DNA of 64,000 nucleotides, from assembly GCA_041641305.1 (NCBI GenBank), contig JBEPYN010000002.1, positions 512,001 through 576,000 of the forward strand, given 5' to 3'. This DNA is from Nitrososphaerota archaeon (GTDB lineage: Archaea; Thermoproteota; Nitrososphaeria_A; Caldarchaeales; Caldarchaeaceae). The notes under the pieces are model-generated. The model was not told the origin of the DNA and did no database searches. It saw only the letters and a list, made by a program, of their open reading frames with translations. Shown here piece by piece: positions 18,079 through 28,318 of this stretch (positions are counted from its first letter, which is position 1; each line of letters begins with the position of its first letter). The translations under genes were made by a program, and so were the position numbers.

Positions 18079-19203
18079 TTGGCTAAAAGGTTGCCGCTCC
18101 TCTTCTTCGGACACTTGGCCAACGACACCCTCTACACAAGCCTACCACCACTGCTTCCACTGCTGGCGGCTCAGCAGAAAACATCCGCAGCCACACTGGC
18201 ACTGATACCGACAGTCTACATGATGACCGCGTCATTCCTCCAGTTAGCGGTGGGATTTTTCTTTGACAGAAAACCTAAACCAACCCTAGTTCCTCTCGGC
18301 CTGTTTTTAGGCGGAGCTGCGGTATCCGCGATCGGGTTTGTCGAAGGCTATCCGCTGATATTGTTGCTCGGGTTTCTTGGCGGTGTCGGATCCGCCTTGT
18401 TTCATCCTCCGGCAACCTCTATAGCCTCACTTTCTGATAAAAGGTCTTCATCGGTCTCCTTTTTCATGTCGGGTGGAGACATTGGGCTGGCGGTAGGCTC
18501 CTTTCTCGCTACAACGGCTTACGCCGCCATGGGGGTGCATGGCACGGGACTGCTCATAATCCTACCAGCCTTAGCCGCCACAATGCTATTGATCGGAGAG
18601 AGGCAACGTGTTGAGGCCCCGGTTCAAAACCCTGTGAAACCCGATGTCAGGCAGCTTGGCTTCGCGTTAGCCACCGCTATTCTCCGAGCAGTAGCCGCAC
18701 TGTCATTCGTCACTTTTCTTCCACTCTATCTCACGGAACGTGGACTGGGTTTCTCAATGGCTGGAACAGTGTTGACAATCATGATACTCGCGGGGGCTGG
18801 AGGTATGTTGTCCGCTGGATACATTGCGGAAAAGATTGGTAAGAGGAGGGCGGTTTCGCTGTTCTTGGTGTTGACTGGCCTCTGGATACCTGTCGCTGTT
18901 CTCACTCCGCCGCAGCTGGCGTTTCTTGTGTATGGAGTTCTCGGGTTCCTCATATTCGCCGTCCATCCCCTGCTGGTGGCATACGCCCACGACCTGTTGC
19001 CACAAAACCTCGGAGCAGCCTCGGGTCTAATGTATGGGCTGACCTTCGGACTAGGCCACTTGGTTGTCCCCATCATCGGCGCCGCCGTCGACTTCTATGG
19101 ATACCAGAGTGTTCTCCTCAGCCTAGCATTCATGCCTTTCACGGCGGCCCTCTTGTTCCAGCGTGCTCCCGCCGCCGCAAAAACCCGCACCATATATAAG
19201 TAG
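18079..19203 (+). CDS. MFS transporter (Fsr-like); TTG start inferred
   Basis: GHLAND and GSALFHP motifs, ~12 TM helices; the upstream ORF extension overlaps the acyl-CoA dehydrogenase. Confidence 0.88.
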   Translation: MAKRLPLLFFGHLANDTLYTSLPPLLPLLAAQQKTSAATLALIPTVYMMTASFLQLAVGFFFDRKPKPTLVPLGLFLGGAAVSAIGFVEGYPLILLLGFLGGVGSALFHPPATSIASLSDKRSSSVSFFMSGGDIGLAVGSFLATTAYAAMGVHGTGLLIILPALAATMLLIGERQRVEAPVQNPVKPDVRQLGFALATAILRAVAALSFVTFLPLYLTERGLGFSMAGTVLTIMILAGAGGMLSAGYIAEKIGKRRAVSLFLVLTGLWIPVAVLTPPQLAFLVYGVLGFLIFAVHPLLVAYAHDLLPQNLGAASGLMYGLTFGLGHLVVPIIGAAVDFYGYQSVLLSLAFMPFTAALLFQRAPAAAKTRTIYK

Positions 19204-19221
19204 CTGAGTGGAATAAGTTCT

Positions 19222-19857
19222 GTGGAGAATAGTTTCGTCAACGTACTCCAAAAACTGTTAAACGGGCTTAGGACAGGAAATCATGTGGAGATTATCCACG
19301 CAGGTGGCAAGAGGATACTTAGGATTTTTTGGTTGAATGTTGTGCATGAGCCTGAGGTTTTTCGGGCGATTGCGAAGCTGGTCAAAATCCATGTTGAGAA
19401 AATGGGCTACGATGTTGAAGCTGTAGCCTCGGTAGAAACCTCGGGAGCCAAATACGGGTTAGCGGTCGCCAACGAGCTGGGAAAACCCTACTACTCCATA
19501 CACAAAGCGAGGAAACTAATCTTTCAACAGCCTGTCGCGGCGGAAGGGTTCTCAGTCACAGAGAGTAAACCAGTGACCCTGCATCTGGACAGGGCGGTCG
19601 CATCCCAATTTAACAGCGTGCTCCTCATCGACGACGTGAGACGGACCTCTGCGACGATAAACACTGCCGCAGCTCTTCTAAGTGAATGTGGAGTCTCTGT
19701 AACAGCCTGCTACGTGATCATCGACCTGGCCTTTGCAGGGCATCCGAGGCCTGAAAAGGTTCCGCCTAATAGGTATCACCCGCTTTTCGTGGTAAGCGCC
19801 GTAGACGACGAAGGCAAATGCGTTGTAGACGAGGGACTTGTCCCCGAGTTTCTGTAG
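19222..19857 (+). CDS. Type I phosphoribosyltransferase-like protein
   Basis: VETSG, IHKARK and an atypical PRPP loop VLLIDDVRRTSAT. Confidence 0.75.
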   Translation: MENSFVNVLQKLLNGLRTGNHVEIIHAGGKRILRIFWLNVVHEPEVFRAIAKLVKIHVEKMGYDVEAVASVETSGAKYGLAVANELGKPYYSIHKARKLIFQQPVAAEGFSVTESKPVTLHLDRAVASQFNSVLLIDDVRRTSATINTAAALLSECGVSVTACYVIIDLAFAGHPRPEKVPPNRYHPLFVVSAVDDEGKCVVDEGLVPEFL

Positions 19858-22040
19858 CGTCTAAGAAGCCGCATCGCAGCAGCCGCTAGGAGTACCAGCA
19901 GCACTAAAGCAGTGATGGTTCCCAGCACTGGTGTGAGGATGTTCGGCTCCTCTAGAACAAGTGTTACTCGTGTCGGTGCAGTAACCCTGAGAAACGTGCC
20001 GCTATGCTCTACACCCGCCTCATCTACATAGCCTCTCAAACCAAGTTTCAACCCTTTGGCCCTAAGCAGTGAGCCGATGTCCAGTACCTCGCCTTCCCGT
20101 GCCCAGGCTATGTCCGCCAATGTGCCGTTCGGATAAAAAACATCAACCCTATGGTATGCATCGATAACGAAACGCGCTTTCTCCTGCTCACCGTTTACGA
20201 TGACGTGGCTGGGTGTAGAGGTGTATCGGGTGTATGATGTTGAAGGTAGCTGGAGGGAGATGTTGGCTTGCCTGTTTCTCAGGAGCACTAAGTTTGTTGA
20301 GCCCGCTGTCGAGGCGTTGGCGATGGGTGTGTTGTCGAGGAGAATCGTTGGCCGAGCTTCTGCGACATGGCCATCTATCTCAGCTACGAGAACGTAGGCT
20401 ATGTCTGCGTTTAGCTTGCCGTGTCCCCATATATTCGACACAGTGTCCCCTGTGTAGCTGTCCCGTCTCGCAGTGTTCCTGATTATCTCGAAAACTTCTT
20501 GCGGCGATAGGTTTGGCGCGAGTTGGAGGATGAGCGCAGCCACTCCGGCGGCGTGTGGTGCTGCCATGCTTGTGCCCCGGCTTACTGCTATGTCTTCGCC
20601 TGGGCTGAATGCTTGACGTGTTGCGTCTCTTGAACGGGCTGCGAAAACAACTCCTCCGGGGGCTGTGATGTCGGGTTTTGTTCTTCCATCGGTTGTTGGG
20701 CCGCGTCCGCTGTAAAACTCGATATCCCCGACTATGCCGCCCACACTCCATGTCTGTCCGCTGGCGTTCCACATCGCTCGTGTGGTGTAGGCCCCAACCG
20801 TCAAAACTTTCTTCGCTGTACCAGGGATTGTTACTGTATAAGATGATGTGATGCTGTAATCCAGTGATGGGAGAAAAGCCTCTGACTCAGTGCTGCATGT
20901 GTCTGACTCCAGCCATGCATGCATTTTCCCGTCAACAACTTTTTGCGGCGTTAATGTAAGCCGCCAAACACCTGTTTCGAGTGGTTTGCCTCTGATTGTT
21001 ATCGCGATTTCCTGCAGCGTCTCTGTTCTCTGGAGGCTTGTCTCGAGTATGGTTTCATTGACTGTTTTGGAGCCGTTTTGCGGCAGCTCTATCCTGTCCA
21101 ACCCCGGTGTTGTGAGGGTTAGATCCATGATGTTTTCGGAATGTGTTACGAGCGAGAGGGCGGCCTCTGTTGTCTGCGGCGGGATTGTCCACTGGAGTGT
21201 GAGCGTGACACCCTGTGTCAGGGTTGCTTCAACATGTCGGGCGTCGTTGGCTGAGTTGCCCGCCGCGACTACGAAGACAACGCCTTCCTCCGCCCATTTG
21301 TCCAGCGCTTTTTCGAGAGGTGTGCTGCCGTCATGTGCTCCGATGTCTGTCCCGAGGCTGAGGACAACGACAAGCCTTCTGCCCAGCTGCCGAGCTTTCT
21401 CGACCGCATATGCGATGCCGTCCAGCAGACCCTCTTCACTGAAGAACCATCTAGCTCCACCGCATGCGGGGCCGCCGCTTTTAACCACCACAAGCTCCGC
21501 ACCAGACGCAACACCTCTCAGCCCCCGGTCCCCGTAAAATCCGCCAGCTGCGATCGACGCCACGACCGTTCCATGACCCACCGTGTCACGCTGCGGACAA
21601 TCACCTGACACAATCTCTTGTCTGTCGCATTCATAGCCATATCCAAAACCCTGCGGAGGCTTTCCCCCAACAGTCTGATCCCAGATAGCCACAATCCTTG
21701 TGCCGTCGTCTGTCCTGAATGTTAGGTGACTGTAATCCACGCCCGTGTCCACCACAGCAATCAAGACACCGCGGCCATCAACAGCCGCCACATTCACACC
21801 CGAGACATTTAGAAGCCTATCAACACCGATGTCAACCAAACCGGCGTCCAGAAGAGGATAATATCTCCGAGACATGTAATGGCTGAAGCCCAGCGTGTGA
21901 AGCATTTCACGAACCATAGGTGAAACAACACCGTCTACAGCACTTGGCTGCTGCATCATCGCCGCGAAACCGTCATGAATAGAGGAAACGGATATGATAA
22001 CAACAAACAGGTAGAGCAAAACTTCTCGCAAGGCGGTCAT
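19776..22040 (-). CDS. Membrane-anchored S8 subtilisin-like serine protease
   Basis: VDTG, GHGT, AAGN and GTSMAAPH catalytic motifs; hydrophobic N-terminus and C-terminal TM helix. Confidence 0.9.
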   Translation of the reverse strand: MTALREVLLYLFVVIISVSSIHDGFAAMMQQPSAVDGVVSPMVREMLHTLGFSHYMSRRYYPLLDAGLVDIGVDRLLNVSGVNVAAVDGRGVLIAVVDTGVDYSHLTFRTDDGTRIVAIWDQTVGGKPPQGFGYGYECDRQEIVSGDCPQRDTVGHGTVVASIAAGGFYGDRGLRGVASGAELVVVKSGGPACGGARWFFSEEGLLDGIAYAVEKARQLGRRLVVVLSLGTDIGAHDGSTPLEKALDKWAEEGVVFVVAAGNSANDARHVEATLTQGVTLTLQWTIPPQTTEAALSLVTHSENIMDLTLTTPGLDRIELPQNGSKTVNETILETSLQRTETLQEIAITIRGKPLETGVWRLTLTPQKVVDGKMHAWLESDTCSTESEAFLPSLDYSITSSYTVTIPGTAKKVLTVGAYTTRAMWNASGQTWSVGGIVGDIEFYSGRGPTTDGRTKPDITAPGGVVFAARSRDATRQAFSPGEDIAVSRGTSMAAPHAAGVAALILQLAPNLSPQEVFEIIRNTARRDSYTGDTVSNIWGHGKLNADIAYVLVAEIDGHVAEARPTILLDNTPIANASTAGSTNLVLLRNRQANISLQLPSTSYTRYTSTPSHVIVNGEQEKARFVIDAYHRVDVFYPNGTLADIAWAREGEVLDIGSLLRAKGLKLGLRGYVDEAGVEHSGTFLRVTAPTRVTLVLEEPNILTPVLGTITALVLLVLLAAAAMRLLRRYRNSGTSPSSTTHLPSSSTALTTKSG

Positions 22041-22118
22041 TTGTAAAAGATGTGGAATGAAATGATTTATAGATGGTGCATCAACAAGGATATAAACGCG
22101 CAGCCGCAAATTTAGGAT

Positions 22119-23069
22119 ATGAAGTTTCTAAGCGATTCGGACGTTGCTGCAGTTGTTGATCCTGTAAAGGTTGTTGAAGCTGTGGAGCGTGCCTACATAC
22201 TCTATAGCACGGGCCGGGTGGTGATGCCTGTCCGCTCACGTGTAGAAAACAAGGAGCATGGTGGCGACATATTGATGATGCCGTGTCTAGTGCCAGACAT
22301 GGGAATTTTTAGTCTCAAGCTGGTGACAGTCTATCCCCGCAACCTCGAAAAAGGCTTGCCGACGATAAACGCGACAGTCATAGCTTTGGACGCGTCAACG
22401 GGGATGCCTCAGCTCGTGGCTGAGGCGAGGGCTCTCACAGGTTTACGCACAGCGGCAGCAACAGCTGTCTCCATCAAACATATGGCACGTCGCGACTTCA
22501 CCAAAGTCGGAATAATCGGTGCAGGGTATCAGGCGCGGTGGCAGCTGCGGGTCGTCGCGGCAAACCATCCACACGCCATCTTCAAGGCCTATGACATCGA
22601 CTCCAAACGCTTAGACGAGTTTGTGACGGAGATGAGCCGCATGGGATATGAGGTAAAGCCATCGCCGACGGCTGAAGAGCTTGTGAGATGGAGCGATGTC
22701 GTGATAACAGTCACAACCTCGAAGCAGCCGGTGGTGCTGAGGAGCTGGGTGAAAGAAGGCACACACATATCCGCGATAGGTGGCTACACACCTGAGATGG
22801 TTGAAATCGAGCCAACACTCGTCGCAAACTCGAAGCTCGTGGTCGACTCGCGTGAAGCGGTGCGGGAGGAGGCGGGCGACATCCTGAAGCCTATTGAGCT
22901 TGGGCTGATGAGGTTCGAGGACATCTACGCCGAGATAGGGGAAATAGCAGCAGGCCTCAAACCCGGGAGAACACATGAACGGGAGATAACGGTCTTCAAG
23001 AGCGTGGGCCTCGCCGTCCAAGACGCCGCCACAGCCAAACTCCTCATCGACTACCTAATGACGAGATAA
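22119..23069 (+). CDS. Ornithine cyclodeaminase / archaeal alanine dehydrogenase family protein
   Basis: [15 protein letters not shown] and [10 protein letters not shown] motifs. Confidence 0.92.
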   Translation: MKFLSDSDVAAVVDPVKVVEAVERAYILYSTGRVVMPVRSRVENKEHGGDILMMPCLVPDMGIFSLKLVTVYPRNLEKGLPTINATVIALDASTGMPQLVAEARALTGLRTAAATAVSIKHMARRDFTKVGIIGAGYQARWQLRVVAANHPHAIFKAYDIDSKRLDEFVTEMSRMGYEVKPSPTAEELVRWSDVVITVTTSKQPVVLRSWVKEGTHISAIGGYTPEMVEIEPTLVANSKLVVDSREAVREEAGDILKPIELGLMRFEDIYAEIGEIAAGLKPGRTHEREITVFKSVGLAVQDAATAKLLIDYLMTR

Positions 23070-23908
23070 ATGCCCAAGATCACAGCCGCTGCGCCAAAAT
23101 AGGTAACTGGTCCCGCGACCTCCGCAAGCAAAAAAGCGGCGAGAAGAGTCGCGACAATCGGCTCCAGCAGAGCAAGCGAAGACGCCTGGTATGGATGTAG
23201 GCCTCGTAGACTGGAGAACTGTAGGCCGTGGCCGAGGACAGTGGGGAAAAACGCGAGACCAAGGAGGAAAAGCGCTTGTTCCGGGTTGGGTGGATAGATG
23301 CCTTGGCCAAGCAGGTAGGCGGCGGCTAGGGCTGGTAGAGAGGTGAAGAGTAGAAGCGGGCCGAAGACGGCGAAGATGTTCACCTCTTGCCTGACCCGTT
23401 TCCCGACCACGAGGTAGAGGGCCCAGAAAAAGGCCCCCAAAACAGCGTAGAAATCGCCCAACAAGCCTCCCGCGGCTCCAGAGGATTCGGCAACCGCCAT
23501 GGCGGCGGAGCCGGCCACAGCGAGAACCAGGCCTATTACGTTGATGTTGGAGGGCTTGGTCCAGCCGAGGCCCCAGCCAATAACGAGAGCCATCGCAGGC
23601 GTCGTGTTAACAAGAGTGGTTGCGTTGACGACCGACGTGTTCTGGACACCGAGCACGAAGAAGATGAAGTGCAGGCTGAGCAAAAGGCCGAGCAGCGGTA
23701 TCTCTCTCGGAAAGTCGCGGAAAGCCTTGGCAACATCACTTCGGAAGAAAAACGCAGCCAGGGCCGAGAGCAGCAGCCCCGCCACCAACACACGGAAAAC
23801 AACAATCGTGAAAGCGTCAACACCGGTCAGAAACCTGACAAAAATAGAGGCCGTGCCGAAGAAAAACCCCGCACCGACACCCTGCAAAACATAGAACAGC
23901 CTCGGCAT
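23051..23908 (-). CDS. DMT/EamA transporter
   Basis: Two EamA repeats, ~10 TM helices, LLEPIVA. Confidence 0.9.
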   Translation of the reverse strand: MPRLFYVLQGVGAGFFFGTASIFVRFLTGVDAFTIVVFRVLVAGLLLSALAAFFFRSDVAKAFRDFPREIPLLGLLLSLHFIFFVLGVQNTSVVNATTLVNTTPAMALVIGWGLGWTKPSNINVIGLVLAVAGSAAMAVAESSGAAGGLLGDFYAVLGAFFWALYLVVGKRVRQEVNIFAVFGPLLLFTSLPALAAAYLLGQGIYPPNPEQALFLLGLAFFPTVLGHGLQFSSLRGLHPYQASSLALLEPIVATLLAAFLLAEVAGPVTYFGAAAVILGIYLVIR

Positions 23909-23947
23909 ACATCCGCAGGAGAAAAGTAGGAAAAAAAGATAGAGTGT

Positions 23948-24694
23948 TTAGCCGATGAGGTAGACGACGTTCACCGAAACCGTGAGGGTTGTTGTCCCAG
24001 TCAATATCGGCGGTCCTGTGGATGCTTCGGTGGCTGCGCGAACGGGGTAGGCGGGCTGCACATCAATTATCGACACCGATTTGACGCCTGTTTTCCTCAG
24101 GTTGAGAGGACGGAGAACCGAGTCGGCCTTGGCCTCGGCGTCGCCTATAGCCGCCGATAGAAGCTGCCTATACACAGTGCTATACTGCTCGGGCGAAACC
24201 GTGAAGTACAGTCCGGATACTTGGTCAGCTCCAGAGTTCACGGCCGTCTCTATCAAGGACCCGGCGTCGGCGACACGTTTTGTCCTCACCTCTATGCTGT
24301 ATGTGGCGACATATCCGATAATACGTGGGGGCTCCTTGTCGGGGTAGATGTATTCTGGCGAGATGTCGACGCTGGTCGTCTTCACATCTTCCGAGCTTAT
24401 GCCGAGTCCAAGAACCGCCGAAACCACTCTGTTGGCTTTTTCTGAAAGCTTCGCCAAAGCCTCGGAAGGTGTGGACGCCTTTTCCTGCACCACGAAGGTT
24501 ATAGCCAAAGTGTCTGGAACAATCGTGGTTTGAGCTGTCCCGGTCACCGACAACGTTGAAGAACCCAAGTTATCATCGGAGGTTGTCAGTATCTGGGTAG
24601 CCGATCCACTGAGCAAAGTCACCGCAGCGAGCGCAATCGCCAAGACCGCGGCCGTCACCGAAACGCTAACCAAAGCATACGAGGTTTTGTCCAT
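23948..24694 (-). CDS. SIMPL (DUF541) domain protein
   Basis: LSVTGTA..VPD, ISPEY and AIGDAEAKA motifs; N-terminal anchor. Confidence 0.88.
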   Translation of the reverse strand: MDKTSYALVSVSVTAAVLAIALAAVTLLSGSATQILTTSDDNLGSSTLSVTGTAQTTIVPDTLAITFVVQEKASTPSEALAKLSEKANRVVSAVLGLGISSEDVKTTSVDISPEYIYPDKEPPRIIGYVATYSIEVRTKRVADAGSLIETAVNSGADQVSGLYFTVSPEQYSTVYRQLLSAAIGDAEAKADSVLRPLNLRKTGVKSVSIIDVQPAYPVRAATEASTGPPILTGTTTLTVSVNVVYLIG

Positions 24695-24803
24695 TTTTCC
24701 TCGGCAAACACATTATGCAGCGGGATAATAAGTCCAGAAACACGAACACCGCCAGCCATTCCTTGGAACGGTTTAAAACCCAGCCCATAAGACCCAACAC
24801 AAG

Positions 24804-27110
24804 TTGAAGCTATCAAAAAGGGTTGAGGACCCGCGTCTTCTGCGGGGAGAGGGAATTTTCATAGATGACCTCGCTTTTCCCCAGATGCTTCATCTAGTTT
24901 TTGTCCGAAGCCCCTATGGCCATGCAAAAATAAAATCGATAAACAGCCATGAGGCGCTTAAGAAGGCTGTTGCGGTTATCGACGGCAGAACAGTGGCCAC
25001 AGAGGCTAAGCCGCTCTACACTCTGATTAGGGATGTAGCATATTATGGCATAGCTGTCGGGAAGGCGAGGTTTTTCGGCGAACCCGTGGCCATGGTCTTG
25101 GCCGAGACGCTTGGCGACGCTTATGACGCTGCTGAAGAAGTGGTTGTTGATTACGAGCCGTTGCCAGCGTTGGTTGACCCCGAGGAGGCGGCGAACTCCT
25201 CCAACCTTGTGCATGAAAACCTCGGCTCAAACGTGGTCCTGAGCCGTCGATTCATGTTTGGAGATGTTGAGAAAGTGTTCGCCGAAGCCGACACGGTTGT
25301 GAAGGAGAAGTTCTATTTTGACAGATATGCCGCGGCACCCATAGAGACCTGCGGGGTCATAGCTGTCCCGGGCAAGGACGGCTCACTAACCGTTTACGAC
25401 AACCAGCAGACACCTCAGCTTTTCAAAAAATCTATAGCACAATCCCTCGGGCTTCAGCCAGAGAAGCTACGGTTCATCGAACACGACATAGGAGGCGGAT
25501 TTGGAGTAAAAATAATGCTCTACCCATATGTTTTCCTAACCTGTTTCGCCGCTCTCAAGCTCAGAAAACCTGTAAAATGGGTGGAGACGCGTCGTGAACA
25601 TTTGACAGCTATGGCGCATAACTCCAACAGAGTGACTGTTGCGGAGATGGCTTTGAGGAGAGATGGCAGGGTAACTGGTTACCGGACAAGCTTCATAGAG
25701 GATGTGGGCGCGTATGCCCGGCTCCCAGACCCTGGTGGAACGGTGCGCTCGCTCATGACATACCTCGGATGCTACGATATCCAAAACGTTGACGTCGAGT
25801 TCAAAGTTGTCTTAACAAACAAGTGTCCCACGGGCCCGGTGCGGGGATACGGGTGTCAGCAGGCCTACTTCGTCCTCGAACGCATGATGGACATCGCGGC
25901 TCGGGAGCTCAGGTTAAACCCTGTTGAGATTCGTCTTAAAAACATGGTGGAAAATGTGCAGCAGCCCTACCGCACTGTTTTCGGAAGCCTCTACGACGGC
26001 GGCGACTACAAAACCACACTACTCAAGGCTTGGAGCCTATCACAGGCTGAGAAATATCGCGGAGAACAAGATGTCGGTGTTGGCGTGGCTTGTGTGGTGG
26101 AGCCTGCTGTGACAAATCTCGCCCGCAACAAGCTGCTTTTCCCAGAGCTTGAGTCATCCGGCTCCGGAGAGGGTGCTGTGGTGAGGATGGAGGAGTCGGG
26201 AAACATAACTGTCTACGCTGCTTCTATCCCACAGGGACAGGGCCACGCAACAGTGCTTACGGAACTCGTATCAGAAGTTCTGGGCGCCCGGCCTGAGCAG
26301 GTGCGTATAGTATTCGGCGACACGGACCGTGTTTATCCAAGCCCATACGGCGGCACATGGGCAAGTAGGTTCAGCGTCATGACGGTGGCAGCGGTCAAAA
26401 AATCATGCGAAACACTGAAACAGAGAATTCTCGAGATAGCCGCCGAAATTCTCGAGACTTCGGCAGAAGACCTTGAGATCAGGGATGGCGAAGTATACGT
26501 GAAGGGGTCGGATGTCTCCATATCGTTTGAGAAACTTGCGGCAACAGCCTACCGCAACTCCCTCACCGTCAGAGGCAAGCACACAAGTCTTCAAGCAGAA
26601 TGTTTCTATGAGTTCCCGACATTCAACACCGGTGAACCGGGTAAAATCAACATGTCAGCCACCTACGGAAACTCGGCACACGTAGCCATAGTCAAGGTCG
26701 ACAGAGAGACGGGCGAGGTCAAGATTCTGCGATATGTAGCCGTACATGACTGTGGAAAAATATTGAACAAGAATATAGTGGATGGTCAGATAATCGGCGG
26801 AGTCATGCAGGGGATTGGTGCAACGCTTTATGAGGAAATTGTCTATGATGAAAACGGTCAGATGCTGACGGCTCACTTTAGCGATTATCTGCTTCCCACT
26901 GCAGAGGAGACGCCGGAGATAGTCATAGACCATGTTGAGACGCCGTCGATGTTCTCTGAGCTTGGTTCGAAGGGGATGGGAGAGGGTCCTCTGATACCGG
27001 TGGCAGCCGCCATAGTCAACGCGGTCGAGGACGCGGTCAAAACAAGGTTAACCAGGTCCCACCTATCCGCCAGCCGGCTCTGGGCAACAATAAATGGACA
27101 AAGTCTTTAA
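24804..27110 (+). CDS. Xanthine-dehydrogenase-family molybdopterin large subunit
   Basis: RVEDPRLLRG, GGGFGVK, active-site PVRGYG, QGQGH, GQIIGG and KGMGE motifs. Confidence 0.93.
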   Translation: MKLSKRVEDPRLLRGEGIFIDDLAFPQMLHLVFVRSPYGHAKIKSINSHEALKKAVAVIDGRTVATEAKPLYTLIRDVAYYGIAVGKARFFGEPVAMVLAETLGDAYDAAEEVVVDYEPLPALVDPEEAANSSNLVHENLGSNVVLSRRFMFGDVEKVFAEADTVVKEKFYFDRYAAAPIETCGVIAVPGKDGSLTVYDNQQTPQLFKKSIAQSLGLQPEKLRFIEHDIGGGFGVKIMLYPYVFLTCFAALKLRKPVKWVETRREHLTAMAHNSNRVTVAEMALRRDGRVTGYRTSFIEDVGAYARLPDPGGTVRSLMTYLGCYDIQNVDVEFKVVLTNKCPTGPVRGYGCQQAYFVLERMMDIAARELRLNPVEIRLKNMVENVQQPYRTVFGSLYDGGDYKTTLLKAWSLSQAEKYRGEQDVGVGVACVVEPAVTNLARNKLLFPELESSGSGEGAVVRMEESGNITVYAASIPQGQGHATVLTELVSEVLGARPEQVRIVFGDTDRVYPSPYGGTWASRFSVMTVAAVKKSCETLKQRILEIAAEILETSAEDLEIRDGEVYVKGSDVSISFEKLAATAYRNSLTVRGKHTSLQAECFYEFPTFNTGEPGKINMSATYGNSAHVAIVKVDRETGEVKILRYVAVHDCGKILNKNIVDGQIIGGVMQGIGATLYEEIVYDENGQMLTAHFSDYLLPTAEETPEIVIDHVETPSMFSELGSKGMGEGPLIPVAAAIVNAVEDAVKTRLTRSHLSASRLWATINGQSL

Positions 27111-27133
27111 GACACCCAAAAAACAGGGAAGAC

Positions 27134-28318
27134 GTGCCATCATACATAATCAAAAACGCTGGAACAATCCTCACAGGAGACATATACAAACCTGTGGCGG
27201 ACGGAAACAGCATATACATCAAGGATGGAGTAATCGAAGAAGTGGGTTGGAACATTTCACGGCAGGCGGACGGCGTCTTCGACGTCAACAACATGACAGT
27301 CATGCCTGGTTTATTTGATTCACATGTCCATCCAGTTTTCGGAGACTTTACACCGCGGCAGAACACACTCGGCTTCATCGAATCCTCTGTCCACGGCGGG
27401 GTAACAACATTCATCTCAGCAGGTGAGGTGCATCTACCTGGAAGACCGCGTGGCGACAAGGAAGCGTCAAAAGCCCTCGCCATCATCACACATAAATCAT
27501 TCAAAAACATTCACCCGCTCGGCGCCAAGATACACGCGGGCGCCCTTCTTCTTGAGAAGGGGATGACGGATGCGGATTTTGAGGAGGTTGTCAGGGCCGG
27601 GGTATGGCTTGTCGGTGAGGTGGGTCTAGGGAGTGTGCAGGACCCTGATGAAGCCGCTGTCATGGTGCGGATGGCGCAGAAACATGGGATGAAGGTAGTC
27701 ATCCACACAGGCGGAGCATCTATACCAGGAAGCACAATAAACAACGCAGAAGTAGTTCTCAAAGTCAGGCCCGACGTCGTGTCACATATAAACGGCGGCC
27801 CAACCTCGCCGTCGATACATGACATAAGAAAAATAATTGAAAACCTTAACTCCGCCATCGAGGTAGTCCAGTGCGGAAACTTCCGCTCGATGCTGGAGAC
27901 GGTTAAGATTCTTAGGCAGAAAAACGAGCTTCACAGGCTCATAATAGGTAACGATGCGCCATCAGGAACAGGCGTCATCCCACTCGGCATAATCAGAACA
28001 ATATCCTTCATAGCGTCTAACTCGGATGTCGAGGCTGAAAAAGTTGTATGCGCCGCGTCAGGCAACACCGGAAAAGTATTCGGGTTGAGAGAGGGAGTGA
28101 TTGAGGCAGGACGGCCGGCGGACCTTGTGGTCGTCGACGCTCCCTATGGCTCGGTTGCGAAGGATGCTGTGGAAGCTTTTTCAATTGGTGATATTCCTGG
28201 CGTGGCCATGGTGATGGTTGACGGAGTTCCACGTGTTGGACGCAGCAGGATGACGCCGCCGCCCACCCGAGCAATCAAGACAGAGGGTATAGCCAGGTTG
28301 CCGGAGGCAGGTCACTGA
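27134..28318 (+). CDS. Enamidase-like amidohydrolase
   Basis: DSHVH..GDFTPRQ, HGGVTT, GEVGLG, HTGGASIPG, SHINGGP, NDAPSGTG and SR.TPP match, from memory, Eubacterium barkeri enamidase. Confidence 0.85.
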   Translation: MPSYIIKNAGTILTGDIYKPVADGNSIYIKDGVIEEVGWNISRQADGVFDVNNMTVMPGLFDSHVHPVFGDFTPRQNTLGFIESSVHGGVTTFISAGEVHLPGRPRGDKEASKALAIITHKSFKNIHPLGAKIHAGALLLEKGMTDADFEEVVRAGVWLVGEVGLGSVQDPDEAAVMVRMAQKHGMKVVIHTGGASIPGSTINNAEVVLKVRPDVVSHINGGPTSPSIHDIRKIIENLNSAIEVVQCGNFRSMLETVKILRQKNELHRLIIGNDAPSGTGVIPLGIIRTISFIASNSDVEAEKVVCAASGNTGKVFGLREGVIEAGRPADLVVVDAPYGSVAKDAVEAFSIGDIPGVAMVMVDGVPRVGRSRMTPPPTRAIKTEGIARLPEAGH

